From assembly GCF_009914755.1 (NCBI RefSeq), contig NC_060927.1: 64,000 nucleotides of DNA, one strand, 5' to 3'. Below, in pieces: positions 1-15,569 of this stretch (position 1 is the stretch's first letter; each line of letters opens with the position of its first letter). A program made the translations under genes and the position numbers. The stretch comes from the human T2T-CHM13v2.0 reference genome, Homo sapiens. The notes under the pieces were generated by a model that was not told where the DNA came from, made no database searches, and saw nothing but the letters and a program-made list of their open reading frames with translations.

Positions 1-857
1 TTGATCTCTTTACTGGCCCCATAACACATCATGTTTATTCCTAATGTGATATCTTTGCCCATGCTGTTCCACTGTTTTTAACACCTTCCCTCCCTCTGTC
101 CTTTGCCAGCCAAAATATGCCTGAAACCTGCATTGATCATTTCAGCCCTTTTAAATTTCTATCTCCTCTAAGTTTCTCTGTACTTAGAGATGATACCCCA
201 TCAGTTAGCAGTTAACTATATTTTATCTTGCACTGTTTACTGCTTCATTGAATATTTATGTCGTGCATTTTATCCCCTAATCCATATGAAAACTCCATGA
301 GGATGGGATGACCATATCTTGTAGTTCTGCAGCCCAGTTCAGAACACACAGTGGATACTCTGTAAATATTTCCTGGTTGATTGATTCCAATATTATAAAA
401 TTCCAGTCTTGTATTTATCATGAGTTTTTTAATGACTACTTAGAAACTTTAAGAAAATGATTTTTGATTGTTTCTCCTTTGAAGTTAGGATTATGGTGGA
501 AATCTCCAGCCCATGCCAACAATAATGCAGAAGACTTGTAGCCAGGGATGAGCTTTAAGTCACTTGTCTGACCAGTGTGAAAGATGACCAGCTAATTATG
601 AAAGGATCTTGTGCAGTTCCCCTCCCCACTTCTACCCTGATGCTGGGAGAGTTCCACTGCAGAGAACTAGTGGACAAAGGAGAAAAGCAGCTTGTTGCCT
701 GGCATGTTAAGAACCAAGGAACTGAAACCTAAATAGGAAGAAGAAATGTATGCTAACTACTAGAGCTTTACCACGATATATGCATTTCAATAAGGATGTA
801 TTACTGACCTCTAACAAACATTTGCCATGGACACTGTAAGCAATTTATATTAGAGGT

Positions 858-1085
858 GTAGGATGATGTTGTAGAAAAGCCTTGTTTAACCCGTAGCTCC
901 AGCACTTAGTGGCTATATGACTTTTGCAAGTTTCTTGACCTTTCTATGCCTCCGTTTCATCATCTAGAAAATGAAGATACTAATAGTTCTAATCCATAGA
1001 GGTGTTGTGAGGATTAAATGATATAGTATGTATTAAGTATTAGAACAGGGACTGGCACATAGGAAGTACAAATAAGAGGTAGTTT
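858..1085 (+). mobile_element. MIR SINE
   Basis: MIR core-like text 'ttgacctttctatgcctccgtttcatcatctagaaaatgaagatactaatag...gttgtgaggattaaatgat...ctggcacatagg'; boundaries approximate. Confidence 0.75.
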
Positions 1086-2152
1086 CCTACCTCTTCACTT
1101 TTCTCATCTCCTTTTCCACACACACAGACCTGGCATGGCATGTGGACAGGATAGTGGAAACTCTATGATTAGGATGAAACATTTGCACTGACAAGTCATG
1201 GTAGGTACATGGGACCAAAGTATGGAGGGCTTTGGAAGCTACCTGAATAAGTTTGAAGCACATTTCATCTGAGTCATGGTAGGTCCCCAGCAGGAAGTGG
1301 GAGGGGCACGATTACAGCATGGAGAAGGATGATGGCCATGTCAGAAAGGCCCCCAAACTGCTAAGAGCAAGGTTTCGAGCAATGTGGGAGTGAGGGCAGT
1401 ATTAAAGAGCAGAAGAACTGCATGTTCCTCTGAGGGCAAGAAGGATGTGTCAGGAAAAGGATGTGTTGGGGTAGAGACAAAAGGATGTACACCACTCTGG
1501 GTAGGAGGAAGTCAGGTCACCCCAACAGCGAGGAGGGATAGGAAGCGGAGGTGGAGGTAAAAGAAAGGAACACATCTAGAACACCTCCTCTGCACTGACG
1601 GCCTTAAGGCCTCAGTAAAAATGAAGGCAAACATAAGGTTGTCAACCATCAGAGAAGGTGGGAAGGCTCAGGAGAAGACGAGGGACACAAATCCTTAGTA
1701 GGAGCCATTCTCCATCTTTTTTGAGGATGGCTCAGCAGCTCTGGTTGCAGAACCAGGTAGCAGGGAGTGAGGGATCCCTCTCCTTCATAGACCTGAGTTG
1801 AAAGTCAGGGCAGTCAGGGCCTGCCAATGGAGCAGCGTTCACAGACTGCAGGTTAAGGGAGGCACCCAGGGTGCTATGCCTGTGAGCACACATAGTCTGT
1901 CATGGACTCTGCCCCCAAGCATGTCTTGGAGCTACTTATGGATAAATCCAAGTGACTCCTCTCCTGTATTTAATATTCCTTACTATAAATAAATGTTTGT
2001 CTAAAAATAAAGTTAATACAGATATCAATTGTTAAGAAGCAGTGCCATCTCTGGAGTGGAGTGGGACAGGAGAGGTACTGGCTCAGTCCACGTGTTTGTC
2101 ACACATATCAGAATAATTTGGCCTCAGAAAGGCCTATTAAGGCCATTCATTA

Positions 2153-2368
<216 letters not shown>

Positions 2369-2574
2369 CAGAATGGGAGACTACTGGAGATTCAGGAGGT
2401 GCCGTGGAAGGTGTACCCTACACTCACAGGCTGGACCCTGCCTTACTCTCACGTGGTGTCACAGTGACACAAGGCTGGCCTCACATGAAAGATAAGTGGC
2501 TGAGTGCCCACTGCCTCCTCTTGACTGATGTCAGGAGCATGTGAGGAAGCAGAGCCAGGAGCCCAGCGATGCTG

Positions 2575-2760
2575 CAGTAGAGTACAGCAATTAAGAGCGC
2601 AGGATTGTGACCCTGGACGAGATACTTAAAGTTTTCAGTGCCTCAGTTTCCCCAGAAATAAAATAAGCTTAATACTATTTGTTGTGAGGATTTGATTAGA
2701 TAATGGATATAAAGTACTTAGGGTCGTGCCTCAATGGTAGTAAAATGACTGATATCTAAA
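2575..2760 (+). mobile_element. MIR SINE
   Basis: 'tgtgaccctggacgagatactta...tgcctcagtttcc...gttgtgaggatt...gataatggatataaagtactta' resembles the MIR consensus. Confidence 0.7.
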
Positions 2761-3420
2761 ATGTTTACATGACAACATGTGGTATGTGTTAGTAATTATT
2801 ATGATGACTTTTTTGTGCAAAGGCTTTGTGACATATAAAACCTTATAAAAATTCAAGGATTTGCCATGACTCTGACAACAATAATGGCCGGGCTTTGCCC
2901 ACAGCCTCATCTCTTTCTTCCTTCACCCCACTCTGTGAATCTTGGCAGCAAAGCACTTCCACAGCAGCAGGATCATAGGAAAGGAAAGTGCGGAGAATAA
3001 GAGCACTCAGTCATTTCTCCTGTCCTTCCCCAATGCCCAGCTCAGAAGATGCCAGGGATGGACTCTGGCTTATAAATCCTGCCCCTCCTGGGGCACCACC
3101 AGGTGATGGCACACCTGCAGAACCTTTGACCTGGCCAGTTGCCAGGTGAGATGTCTCCCTTTCCTTTCCCCATCTTCAAGAAAGTGTTTCCTACCCTAAT
3201 CATAATTTGAATAATAATTAAAGCCCATGGCTTAACAGGGCTGCTGCTAACACCGGCAAGTACTTTGGTGTGAATTAGAAAAAGCTGTCTCTTCCTCAAG
3301 TCACGTTCCTCCCACTTTGTTGGAACAAGATAGTCTACCGTTGTTGTGCAGGGCACAGCCTACCTAATTAGTTCTATGTGGCAGCCCTGGGGCTTGTACT
3401 CATTCTTTGCTCCTCTTTAG

Positions 3421-3750
<330 letters not shown>

Positions 3751-3987
3751 TAAAGAGTCCACTTCCCTGAACTCTCTGGCCTTTGCAATCTTGGGGCTCC
3801 CTGTGAAATCCACAGTGTTTAGTGTAAAGAGAAGAATCTCCAGAACCTGAGCCCCATGCCTTCCTACTGTATTGAAACAGTTTCATTTTTCACAAATATG
3901 ACTCCCTAGCTAGTCACAAAGTTTCCTTGGCTAAAACTTTCCCTAACCAGAGCAAAATATTTAAGCAAATGTAAACATCGGTCAAGT

Positions 3988-4195
3988 CAGTGGCTCTCAG
4001 CTCGGCCAAGGGCAGGGGAGACAAGTTTTAGAGTGGAGGGGACTGCTTTTGGGTTGTCACAATGACCAGGAAGTATTAATGGCCTTCAGCACTTGGGATC
4101 CAGGGATACTAAGTGTCCAGCATGTGTGGGACAAGCTTACATGACAAAGAATTGATCCCGCCTCAATGGCCAGTAACAGCCATTGAAAGACACTG
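3988..4195 (+). mobile_element. hAT-Charlie MITE (MER3/MER20-like)
   Basis: CAGTGG...CACTG termini, internal 'ttttgggttgtcacaatgac' and 'acaaagaattgatcccgcc'. Confidence 0.6.
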
Positions 4196-4656
4196 GAGCC
4201 CAAAATGGAGCTGGATGTTTTCACCTGAGTCATTTGGTGTTGTCACCACCCTCACAGCCTGGACAGTTCACACAGAGGTAGTGTGACAGCCCGGGCTGCT
4301 GAACTGTAAATCAAAAGAACAATTTATTCTCCTCCTCCAGGAGACCTGTAACAAAGAGGAGGATGCTTGTGTGTCTGAGTATCACTGCAGCTAGAAGCCT
4401 GTTAATAACCAGAAGCCCACCCCTCAGTCAATTTGCACTTGAGGAAGAGAAACGTGATACACTGGAATGATGACCATTCTATGATGTTTGTGTCCTAGAA
4501 TATAGCAGGCTGCTAAGAATCCAGGTCCTCTGTAAGAACACAGATCCTAGACAGGGCATCCTCTTAACTCTCCCAGGAAGCCTGGATAAGACCCACCACA
4601 TTTCTATTTGCATTTGCCTTTTTTATTATCACCTTTGAGCATCTTGGACCACTTTT

Positions 4657-4955
<299 letters not shown>

Positions 4956-6959
4956 ATCTTGGACCACTTTTTATAACATAACCAAAGACTCGCTTCGTCT
5001 TCTTATCAAATGCTTCTTAGGTTGACAGGTTCCTGATGAGATGCTACAACTTCACTGTTACCCAGTATGTAGATGGATTACCACTGGGAAGGTCTCCCAT
5101 AGACAGTGAATCTCATCCACAGTGTGCCGTTTTTAATAGCTTACACCCCAGAGGGTGGGTTCTTAATTATAAATATGTCATGACTTTTCCAGATGGAGAT
5201 TTGGGGGTTCCAGATGTTATATTCCTCTGTCCACTAATTATACCTTTGTCTAATTTATCACGTATTTTCACTGACTGGAGTCTAAATTGATCAGCTATAC
5301 TGCCACCTGTTTACCCCTGTTGGATCATCCAGTTTATCTTTCACCCCCATTAATGCATAGAATTGAATTCTCTAATGGCACATGTCTCTCCACTGCAGCA
5401 GGGAGCTATCTCCTGTACAGTTCTCCATAGCCCTAACTGTCCTCTCCCAGGCTATGTACATCATGGGCTTAAACATTGATAGATGAATAACACAGGGAAT
5501 TCTCATTAATTCAGTCACTTATGTTCTTGGAATAGTTGACACAGTTATAAGTTAAATCTAATTTTTTTCCATAGAAATATTACCTCAAACGTAGCACACA
5601 ATGGATACTCAACAAATCTTAGGATCTACTCTATTATTTTCTGTGCTGTTGTGGAAATGACCACAAAAATACCACCTATATTTAACTATAAATTATATAT
5701 TAGTAACTTCCCTATGTATTTCACAAAGTTTATTGAGATCAAATGAGATCAAGGATGAAAAGCGTATGATAAACTGAATCATACTACTAATATATAAATG
5801 CAAAGTATTATTAATATGGCATTATACTTAACTGATGTTCTCAATTTTCTTACAAATGTAGCACTAAATTTAGAGCTAGATAGATCTTTAAAGATCCTTG
5901 TATCCAAGCTTCCAATTTGAAGTTGATGACACTGAGGTTTTAGGATGCAAAGGTGACTTCTCAGGCCAAACAGATGGTCAGTATAAAAGCTGAGACTAGA
6001 CCCCAAGGGCCCTAACTTAGACCTCAGTGCTCCATTCCCTACACTGTGCTGCCAATAATTCTTTCCTTGTTTTGCTACAACAAATAAGAAGTAAAAGAGA
6101 CACCTTAATTAGGGTCTTGGAATTCAGATGAGCTTCCTTGGCCAGAATTGGACAGGCATCTTTAATAAGACTGTTGAGGAGGCTTGGAGATACTTGACTG
6201 CTTTTTGGAAAAATGGATCTTTCTGGTGGCTACCTCAGCCCACTCCTGTGGTGATAGGATTTCTCTTTAGCTCATGGTTGCTGAAGGATGCAGTAAGCGG
6301 ACCCAGATGGAGACATTCTTCTAAGCCTTGACTGGTATAAAGCAGAGTTTGGTGTAGTGAAAAGTACAGACTTTGAAGACTGACCTGAGCGCGAATCTCA
6401 GCTCTCCAGTCAAGCCATTGTGTGACCTTCAGCCTGTTCCTTAACCATTAAGAAGAAGAGAAAAAGAGGCAAGGCAGACATTCCTATAGGCCCTCGTTAT
6501 TTATACTCCTCTTTTTCTTTAAAAATAGAACTCTATTTTAGCTAGACACATGACTACCCAGATTCAAGATGACATTTTTCAGCCTTCATTTCTACTAAGT
6601 GCGTCCCCATGACTAAATCCTAGAGAATGGGATGTAAGTGGCAGTGTTGTGGGATGGCTTCTGGGAACCTTCTTTAAGAAAGTGCTTGCAAGTATCCTTT
6701 GCTCTCTTCTTCATCCCTTCCTCTATCTTGCCTCCTGGAAACCAAATGCCACTATCAAGGACTATGAGGCAAAGACAAACATGTCAGAACCACCAGGTAG
6801 AAAGAGTCTAGGTGTCCAACATTATGGAGTGCTATATCACTCTAGACCACATCCCTAGACATTTATACGAGAGAGAAATACAGTTCAGTCTTGTTGGGAG
6901 TTATTATTTTGAGATTTTTGGCACTCACAGCCTAGCAGAAACCAAGAAGGAAAGCTACT

Positions 6960-8060
6960 AAATTTATTTTGTGATGATAATATAATCTTGATACCAAAAA
7001 CAGATAGAACAATACAAGCAAAGACAATTATAGGACAATATTGTTTGTATACGTAGATGCTCAAATCCTAAATAAAATATCACCAAACAGACCAGCAATG
7101 TATAAAATAAACATCATCTGCTAGTAGAGTTAGTGGTGAATGTACAGGAACGTAATGATAGCCAAACTTTACAAAGTTCATAAATGTAGCTTATTACATT
7201 AGCAGAATAAAAGATAAAAGTTCTGCAATGTCAGTAGACACAGAAAAAGTATCTATTAACATTTAACACCTCTCAGGTTAAAAACAAAAATTTTTAACCT
7301 CTCAGGTTTTAACCTCTCAGGTTAAAAACAAAAATTTCATTAATCTAGGAATAGAAGGGAACCTCACTTTACCTTGATAAAGGATACAGCAACCATCATT
7401 CTTTTTTCATTGTATTTCTTTTAAGTTCTGGGGTACATGTGCAGGATGTGCAGGTTTATTACATAGGTAAATGTGTGCCATGGTAGTTTGCTGCACCTGT
7501 CAACCCATCACCTGGGTATTAAACCCAGCATGCACTAGCTCTTTTCCCTAATGCTCTCCACCCCACTACCCTTTCCCAACAGGCCCCAGTGTTGTTCTCC
7601 ACCCTGTGTCCATGTGTTCCCATTGTTCAGCTCCCACTTATAAGTGGGAACATGGGGTGTTTGGTTTTCTGTTCCTGCAAAACGTAATTCATCACATAAA
7701 CAGAACTAAAAACAAAAACCACATGACTATCTCAATAGACACAGAAAAGGCCTTCGATAAAATTCAACATCCCTTCATGTTAAAAACTCTAAATAAACTA
7801 GGTGTTGAAGGAACATACCTCGAAATAATAAAAGCCATTTATGACAAACCCACAGCCAATATCATACTGAAAAGGCAAAAGCTGGACGCATTCCCCTTGA
7901 AAACTGGCACAAGGATGCCCGCTCTCACCACTCTTATTCAACATAATATTGGAAGTTCTGGCCAGGGCAATCAGGCAAGAGAAAGAAATAAAGGGTATTC
8001 AAATAGGAAGAGAGGAAGCAACCATCATTCTTTAATGGGGAAAATTTAGAAGCATTCCTA
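6960..8060 (+). mobile_element. Old L1M ORF2 fragment, interrupted by a younger L1PA
   Basis: 'gtagatgctcaaatcctaaataaaatatcaccaaac...ctaggaatagaagggaac...aatggggaaaatttagaagcattcc' resembles degenerate L1 RT-region sequence. Confidence 0.65.
7405..8016 (-). mobile_element. 5'-truncated, 5'-inverted (twin-primed) L1PA
   Basis: 7405-~7678 is L1 3' UTR on the - strand; ~7678-8016 is L1 ORF2 on the + strand ([32 protein letters not shown]); 17-bp TSD AGCAACCATCATTCTTT at 7388-7404 and 8017-8033. Confidence 0.9.
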
Positions 8061-8879
8061 GTGTGGGTTTGGAAAACAGGGCCTTTAGCTTTCATTGAGT
8101 GATCAAATGGGTTGGCAACTCAAGGACTGAGAGCACATCTCTGAGGATACCTTGTCACCATAGTTGAAGATGATGATGTGAGTTGTCCTTTTCCCTCCCC
8201 TCCCCTTCCCTTCCCTGGGTCATGAGAGTCTTGGCAATCATCAGGTCCATTACTGCCTTTCCATTCCTCATTCATTAGAAGATAATGTCAATCATCTTCT
8301 GTTCAAGTTTTTTTTAACTCCTTTGTCAAGCCAGTCATTTCTGCTAGAAACAACGACAGCTACTTTACTGCTTTCTGTGTTTGTAAGACATCTTACAAAG
8401 TAGTAGGTAGAGGGGAGACCCATTAAATAGACATTATGGAAATAGTAAAAGCCCTACTATGTATTAAGCATTACTCCAGGCTTTGTACCTGGGGTTACAA
8501 AGATGAGTGAGAAGTGCTCTCTACCTTTAAGATACATATGCTGTTGCAAAACGGACTTCATTCTTATGATACATTTCTTGTCTTTGAAACATATACATTG
8601 TTAGATAGTAAATGACTAATAAATTCCTAGAATGAATACTCAATTAGCTGGTGCAAAGAATGAGATAGAAGCAGGACTTCTTGAAATGGTGAAGCAATGA
8701 TAAAATTGAACAAAACTGGACAAAAACCACTGAAGAACCTGGAAGTTAACCAGAAGCACACAACAAAAGGTGAAGGGTTTTGTTTATTTGTTTTGTTTTG
8801 TTTTGTTTTTAACAAAAACTAATGAAATTCTGGTAAGAACACTGGTAGTCTATGGCATTTTAGCCTGGGCCTGCTCTTC

Positions 8880-9415
8880 AGTTGTTTCTAATAATTCGGT
8901 TGTTCTTTTGGGTTTTCTTTATGGCAACCATATCATCTGCAAATAACTACAGTTTTATTTGGTCCTTTTCAAAATGTATGCACTTATTTTTCTTGTCTGA
9001 TTCCACTAGCTAAGACCTCCAGTGCAAAGTTAAAGAGTAGTGGTGATAGTGGATATCCTTGTTTTAAATGGAAATACTTTTAATGTTTTCTCTATATGAA
9101 TGATGTTTACTCTAAGAGGTTTTTTGTTACCCTTTTTCAAGTTAAAGATATTTCTTCCCACTCCTTTTTTACTAAGCTTTTATCAATAGTTTGTGTTGGA
9201 TTTCATCAAATGCTTTTTATTTATCTGTTGGTGATCATATGATTTTTTTTCTCCATTAATTTGCTAATGCAGTGAATAATACTTATAGATTTGTCTAATA
9301 TTAGACTTTTTTGCACTCCTGAGCATAAACCCACCATGGTCATGATGCATTTTCTTTCTTATGTCCTTTGAGTCTGTTGTCTAGTGTTTTAGTATTTTTC
9401 ATCTGTTTTCAAGTA
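8880..9415 (-). mobile_element. Old L1M ORF2 fragment
   Basis: 'atcatctgcaaataactacagtttt...ctagctaagacctccagtgcaaagttaaagagtagtggtgatagtggatatcctt' is typical antisense L1M. Confidence 0.75.
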
Positions 9416-9460
9416 GTAGAAAGTAGTGGTGCTTTTCCCAGATCATCATAGAATCCCAAG

Positions 9461-9522
9461 GGTGTGTGTCTGTGTATGTGTGCATGCACATGTGTGTGTG
9501 TGTGTGCATGTATACACACACA
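9461..9522. repeat. Imperfect (GT)n/(CA)n microsatellite
   Basis: Direct reading. Confidence 0.85.
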
Positions 9523-9665
9523 CTTTCCCATAGTCATCTGTCCCTTTCACAGATATCAGAACCAAGGACCTCTGGACCTCCCTTTGCCTGGAATGGGCCC
9601 AACGTCTGTCACACTGATTCTTGTGCCCAAACTCCTCCCTCTTACATGTTTTGAAGAGACAGTAG

Positions 9666-9959
<294 letters not shown>

Positions 9960-10399
9960 TAACAAAGGTATATCTGAGCATCACAAAATGTTGGGCATGG
10001 AGGTGGAACAGAAAAAGAATGTTAGATGTTCTTTTAATACCATAAAAGATAACAATACCTATTACACATCTTTCTCTTACTTCATATTGTCGGCCAATAT
10101 ATTTCCTTTTTGTTAGAGTTTAGTGGCCCTGCATGGACACAGTTATGTCTGCTCCAGACTCCAGAGTTAATAGGCCATCATAGAATTGCCTGCTGGGTGC
10201 CTGGCACTGAATTTGCTATCTTACTTGTGTTTTTCCTGTTTCTCAGGTTATTTTTAGGTGGGAATAATAATTAAACCTATCCTATAGAATTTTGAGAATT
10301 AGATGATTAATATTGGTAATGCACATGGTAAGTTCTAGATAAATATTTGTTAAATAAAACTTTGGCATATTAGAAGTACTCTATAAATATTAACTATAG

Positions 10400-10600
10400 T
10401 TGATATTATCTCATGTTATCCTCACCCCAGTGATGGGGTTATTGCTGCTCCCATTTTATAAATTAGGAAACTGAGGCTCTGAGAGGTTAAGAAGCTTGAT
10501 CAAAGTCACATCACTAGTAAGTTGTATGGCCAGGATTCCATCCAGATCTCTAACTCCAAAACCCATGCTCCCTTCACTGCCCAAAACTGCATACTGCCTG
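10400..10600 (-). mobile_element. MIR SINE
   Basis: 'cccattttataaattaggaaactgaggctctgagaggttaag...caaagtcacatcactagtaagt...ctccaaaacccatgctc'. Confidence 0.75.
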
Positions 10601-11028
10601 GGAGTTAGCAGAGACTTAGTAAACAGTTGTCAGTTGAATGAGTCTGCAGCCTCCCTCATCAAAAAGCTGTGGATGTGGAGTGAGGAAAGCACAGGTCATG
10701 TGCATGGGATACTCTGCCTTGATCTAAAAGGAAGTCTGCTCTGGCATGTCTACAAAGCCCATCCATATATCCAAAATAAATCACTCTCCATGTGAGATGT
10801 CAGATATGTTCATTTGCCTCACTAGAGTAGCCAGTTTACTGCCCATATGTATCCCACAACATTATGTTGTAAACCTCAAATATTACCCAATAATATTTAA
10901 ATAAATAAATCAGGCTAAGCTTGAATCATTCTGCGAAGAGTTGATGGACCATGCTAGACCTCTGGTGTGCAGGGCAGCCACCTGTCCAGCAAGGTTGATC
11001 ATTCCCTGCCATCAGCAGATAGTGTTAA

Positions 11029-12801
<1,773 letters not shown>

Positions 12802-12978
12802 AATGGAAGGAGAAGACTGGGCTAGGGAGAATGCAGAGAGGTTTCTTGGGGTCCCAGGGATGAGGAATCGCCCCAGACTCCTTTCCTCTGAGGAAGAAGG
12901 GATAATAGACACATCAAATGCCCCGAATTTAGTCACACCATCTTAAATGACAGTGAATTGACCCATGTTCCCTTTAAA

Positions 12979-12984
12979 ATTAAA
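12979..12984 (+). terminator. CASR: Proximal polyadenylation signal ATTAAA
   Basis: Variant hexamer followed by a GT-rich element 'ttgtgtttctgtggttg'; overlaps a genomic A8 run. Confidence 0.55.
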
Positions 12985-13859
12985 AAAAAGAAGAGCCTTG
13001 TGTTTCTGTGGTTGCATTTGTCAAAGCATTGAGATCTCCACGGTCAGATTTGCTGTTCACCCACATCTAATGTCTCTTCCTCTGTTCTATCCCACCCAAC
13101 AGCTCAGAGATGAAACTATGGCTTTAAACTACCCTCCAGAGTGTGCAGACTGATGGGACATCAAATTTGCCACCACTAGAGCTGAGAGTCTGAAAGACAG
13201 AATGTCACCAGTCCTGCCCAATGCCTTGACAACAGACTGAATTTTAAATGTTCACAACATAAGGAGAATGTATCTCCTCCTATTTATGAAAACCATATGA
13301 TATTTTGTCTCCTACCTGCTGCTGCTATTATGTAACATCCAGAAGGTTTGCACCCCTCCTATACCATATGTCTGGTTCTGTCCAGGACATGATACTGATG
13401 CCATGTTTAGATTCCAGGATCACAAGAATCACCTCAAATTGTTAGGAAGGGACTGCATAAACCAATGAGCTGTATCTGTAATTAATATTCCTATATGTAG
13501 CTTTATCCTTAGGAAAATGCTTCTGTTGTAATAGTCCATGGACAATATAAACTGAAAAATGTCAGTCTGGTTTATATAAGGCAGTATTATTGAGCTCTAT
13601 TTCCCCACCCCACTATCCTCACTCCCATAAGCTAAGCCTTATGTGAGCCCCTTCAGGGACTCAAGGGTCCAGAAGTCCCTCCCATCTCTACCCCAAAGAA
13701 TTCCTGAAGCCAGATCCACCCTATCCCTGTACAGAGTAAGTTCTCAATTATTGGCCTGCTAATAGCTGCTAGGGTAGGAAAGCGTGGTTCCAAGAAAGAT
13801 CCACCCTCAAATGTCAGAGCTATGTTCCCTCCAGCAGTGGTATTAATACTGCCGGTCAC

Positions 13860-14105
13860 CCAGGCTCTGGAGCCAGAGAGACAGACCGGGGTTTAAGCCA
13901 TGGCTTCGTCATTTGCAAGCTGAGTGACTGTAGGCAGGGAACCTTAACCTCTCTAAGCCACAGCTTCTTCATCTTTAAAATAAGGATAATAATCATTCTT
14001 TCCCCTCAGAGCTCTTATGTGGATTAAACGAGATAATGTATATAAAGTACTTTAGCCTGGTACCTAGCACACAATAAGCATTCAATAAATATTAGTTAAT
14101 ATTAT
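13860..14105 (+). mobile_element. MIR SINE in CASR 3' UTR
   Basis: 'gctgagtgactgtaggcagg...ttaacctctctaagccacagcttcttcatctttaaaataaggataataat...ggattaaacgagataatgtatataaagtac...cctagcacacaataagcattcaataaatattag'. Confidence 0.85.
14084..14089 (+). terminator. CASR: Distal polyadenylation signal AATAAA (MIR-derived)
   Basis: Canonical hexamer ~1.28 kb after the stop, at the MIR 3' end. Confidence 0.7.
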
Positions 14106-15569
14106 TACTGATACTGTAATAATTATTTTTTCCCTTACTTCAAATACAAAACAAAACATACATATTAACCATTCAGATTGTACTGCCTAGCCCACTGATC
14201 ACAATCACTCTCTCTGTAATAAGCCCAAGAGCTCTGGGCCCAACACATGGGGTCAGCCATAGTATCACTGGCTCATGGTGAGGAAGCCAGAAAGCTGGTC
14301 AGCCCCTCAGGTGGCCCAATGCCCTGTCTCCGCAGTGTCAGGGCCTGGACCTCCAGCATCCAGGGAAGACCATCACCAGTCTAGCAGGAGGTTCTAAGCT
14401 GAGGCCAAACCATTGCAATTAAATCTCCTGAAGCCTCAAATTTTACAGCTCTTGGTGACTTCTTCCCCTGACCACTTTCTTCCAAAGGGGCGCCTTTCAG
14501 TGATTTGTAGGGCAAATTGGTGGACTTGATAGTTGTTAAGATTATAATGAGAAATCATTAGAGGGCACCATGTGGGAGCGCGACTGTGAGCAGAAGGTGG
14601 TGACTCAGGATGACCCAAGTGAGGTGCCTGCTCCCCACCTAGGAAGGGCACCGGCCCCCACCCAGCCTGCGCCCCCCTGCAGTCATGCCTCTGAGCAAGG
14701 CACCGAGCTGAGTGGGGATTTATATTTAACATTTTACTTGGTCTTAAAAGAAATGCTGAAAATGTGATGGTTTCAAAATAACTATGAGGGAACAGCCTCA
14801 ACAGAATGTGACATACTTCTCCCTCCAGGGTTTGACTTCAATGTCCATGTCACCCAAGGGGCTTTAGGAGGAAAACATAGGTTTACAGTGAGCTTTCATT
14901 TCACCAAGTGCTTGCAAATAAGGAGTCTCTCCCAATGCTGTTGTCAGAAAGGCAGATACAGAAACACTGTCCCAATTTATACGTAGCAGGCACAACTCAG
15001 CACAAAATCAGGGGTGTGAAATATGAACTTGCATTGTTTTTCTACAACAACTTAATTTCTATCTCAAATTCCCCTCCAGCCTAGTGACAGAAACTTCATC
15101 TTAGTCGAATCGGGGTTTTCACAGTAACCTCAGTGTTTTCTGAGCCAATTTAGATGTTTGGGGATCAATTCAGAGGTTGTTCCTTCTCCCTTCCAGGAGG
15201 GCTTTTGTAATGTTGGGGTGGGCCTCCTCAGTCATCAGCAGCTCCCTCATGACATTGCTGAAAGCAATCTTATCTGGCCTTCGCTGGCGTGCTCTGAGGC
15301 ATTGTATCCTCATCTGGTCCCATCATGGGTTTCGTGGTGGTTTTCACGCATGCCTCACTGTCCTAACCAGTGGGTCCCTGTGGGGCCTGCTAGCTCTTGC
15401 AGCTACCTCCATGCTCATCCCTGAGGCCCAGAAATCACTGGCAGCCTCACTTTCATGTCTACTTGACTGCTGTCTCCCCATGACAGTACACAGAGCTTAT
15501 GGAGGCTAACAAAGCTTCCAGGGTACCAGAGAAGAAACAGGGTACATGTCTCCAAACCTGAATAGACTT

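Larger units (their letters stand above)
12802..14105 (+). other. CASR: CASR 3' UTR (long form; end approximate)
   Basis: Follows the stop codon; candidate polyA signals ATTAAA 12979-12984 and AATAAA 14084-14089. Confidence 0.75.

Noticed and set aside
7606-8049. 147-aa ORF with RT-like sequence
   Set aside because: Chimeric read-through across the L1 inversion junction; a fragment, not a gene
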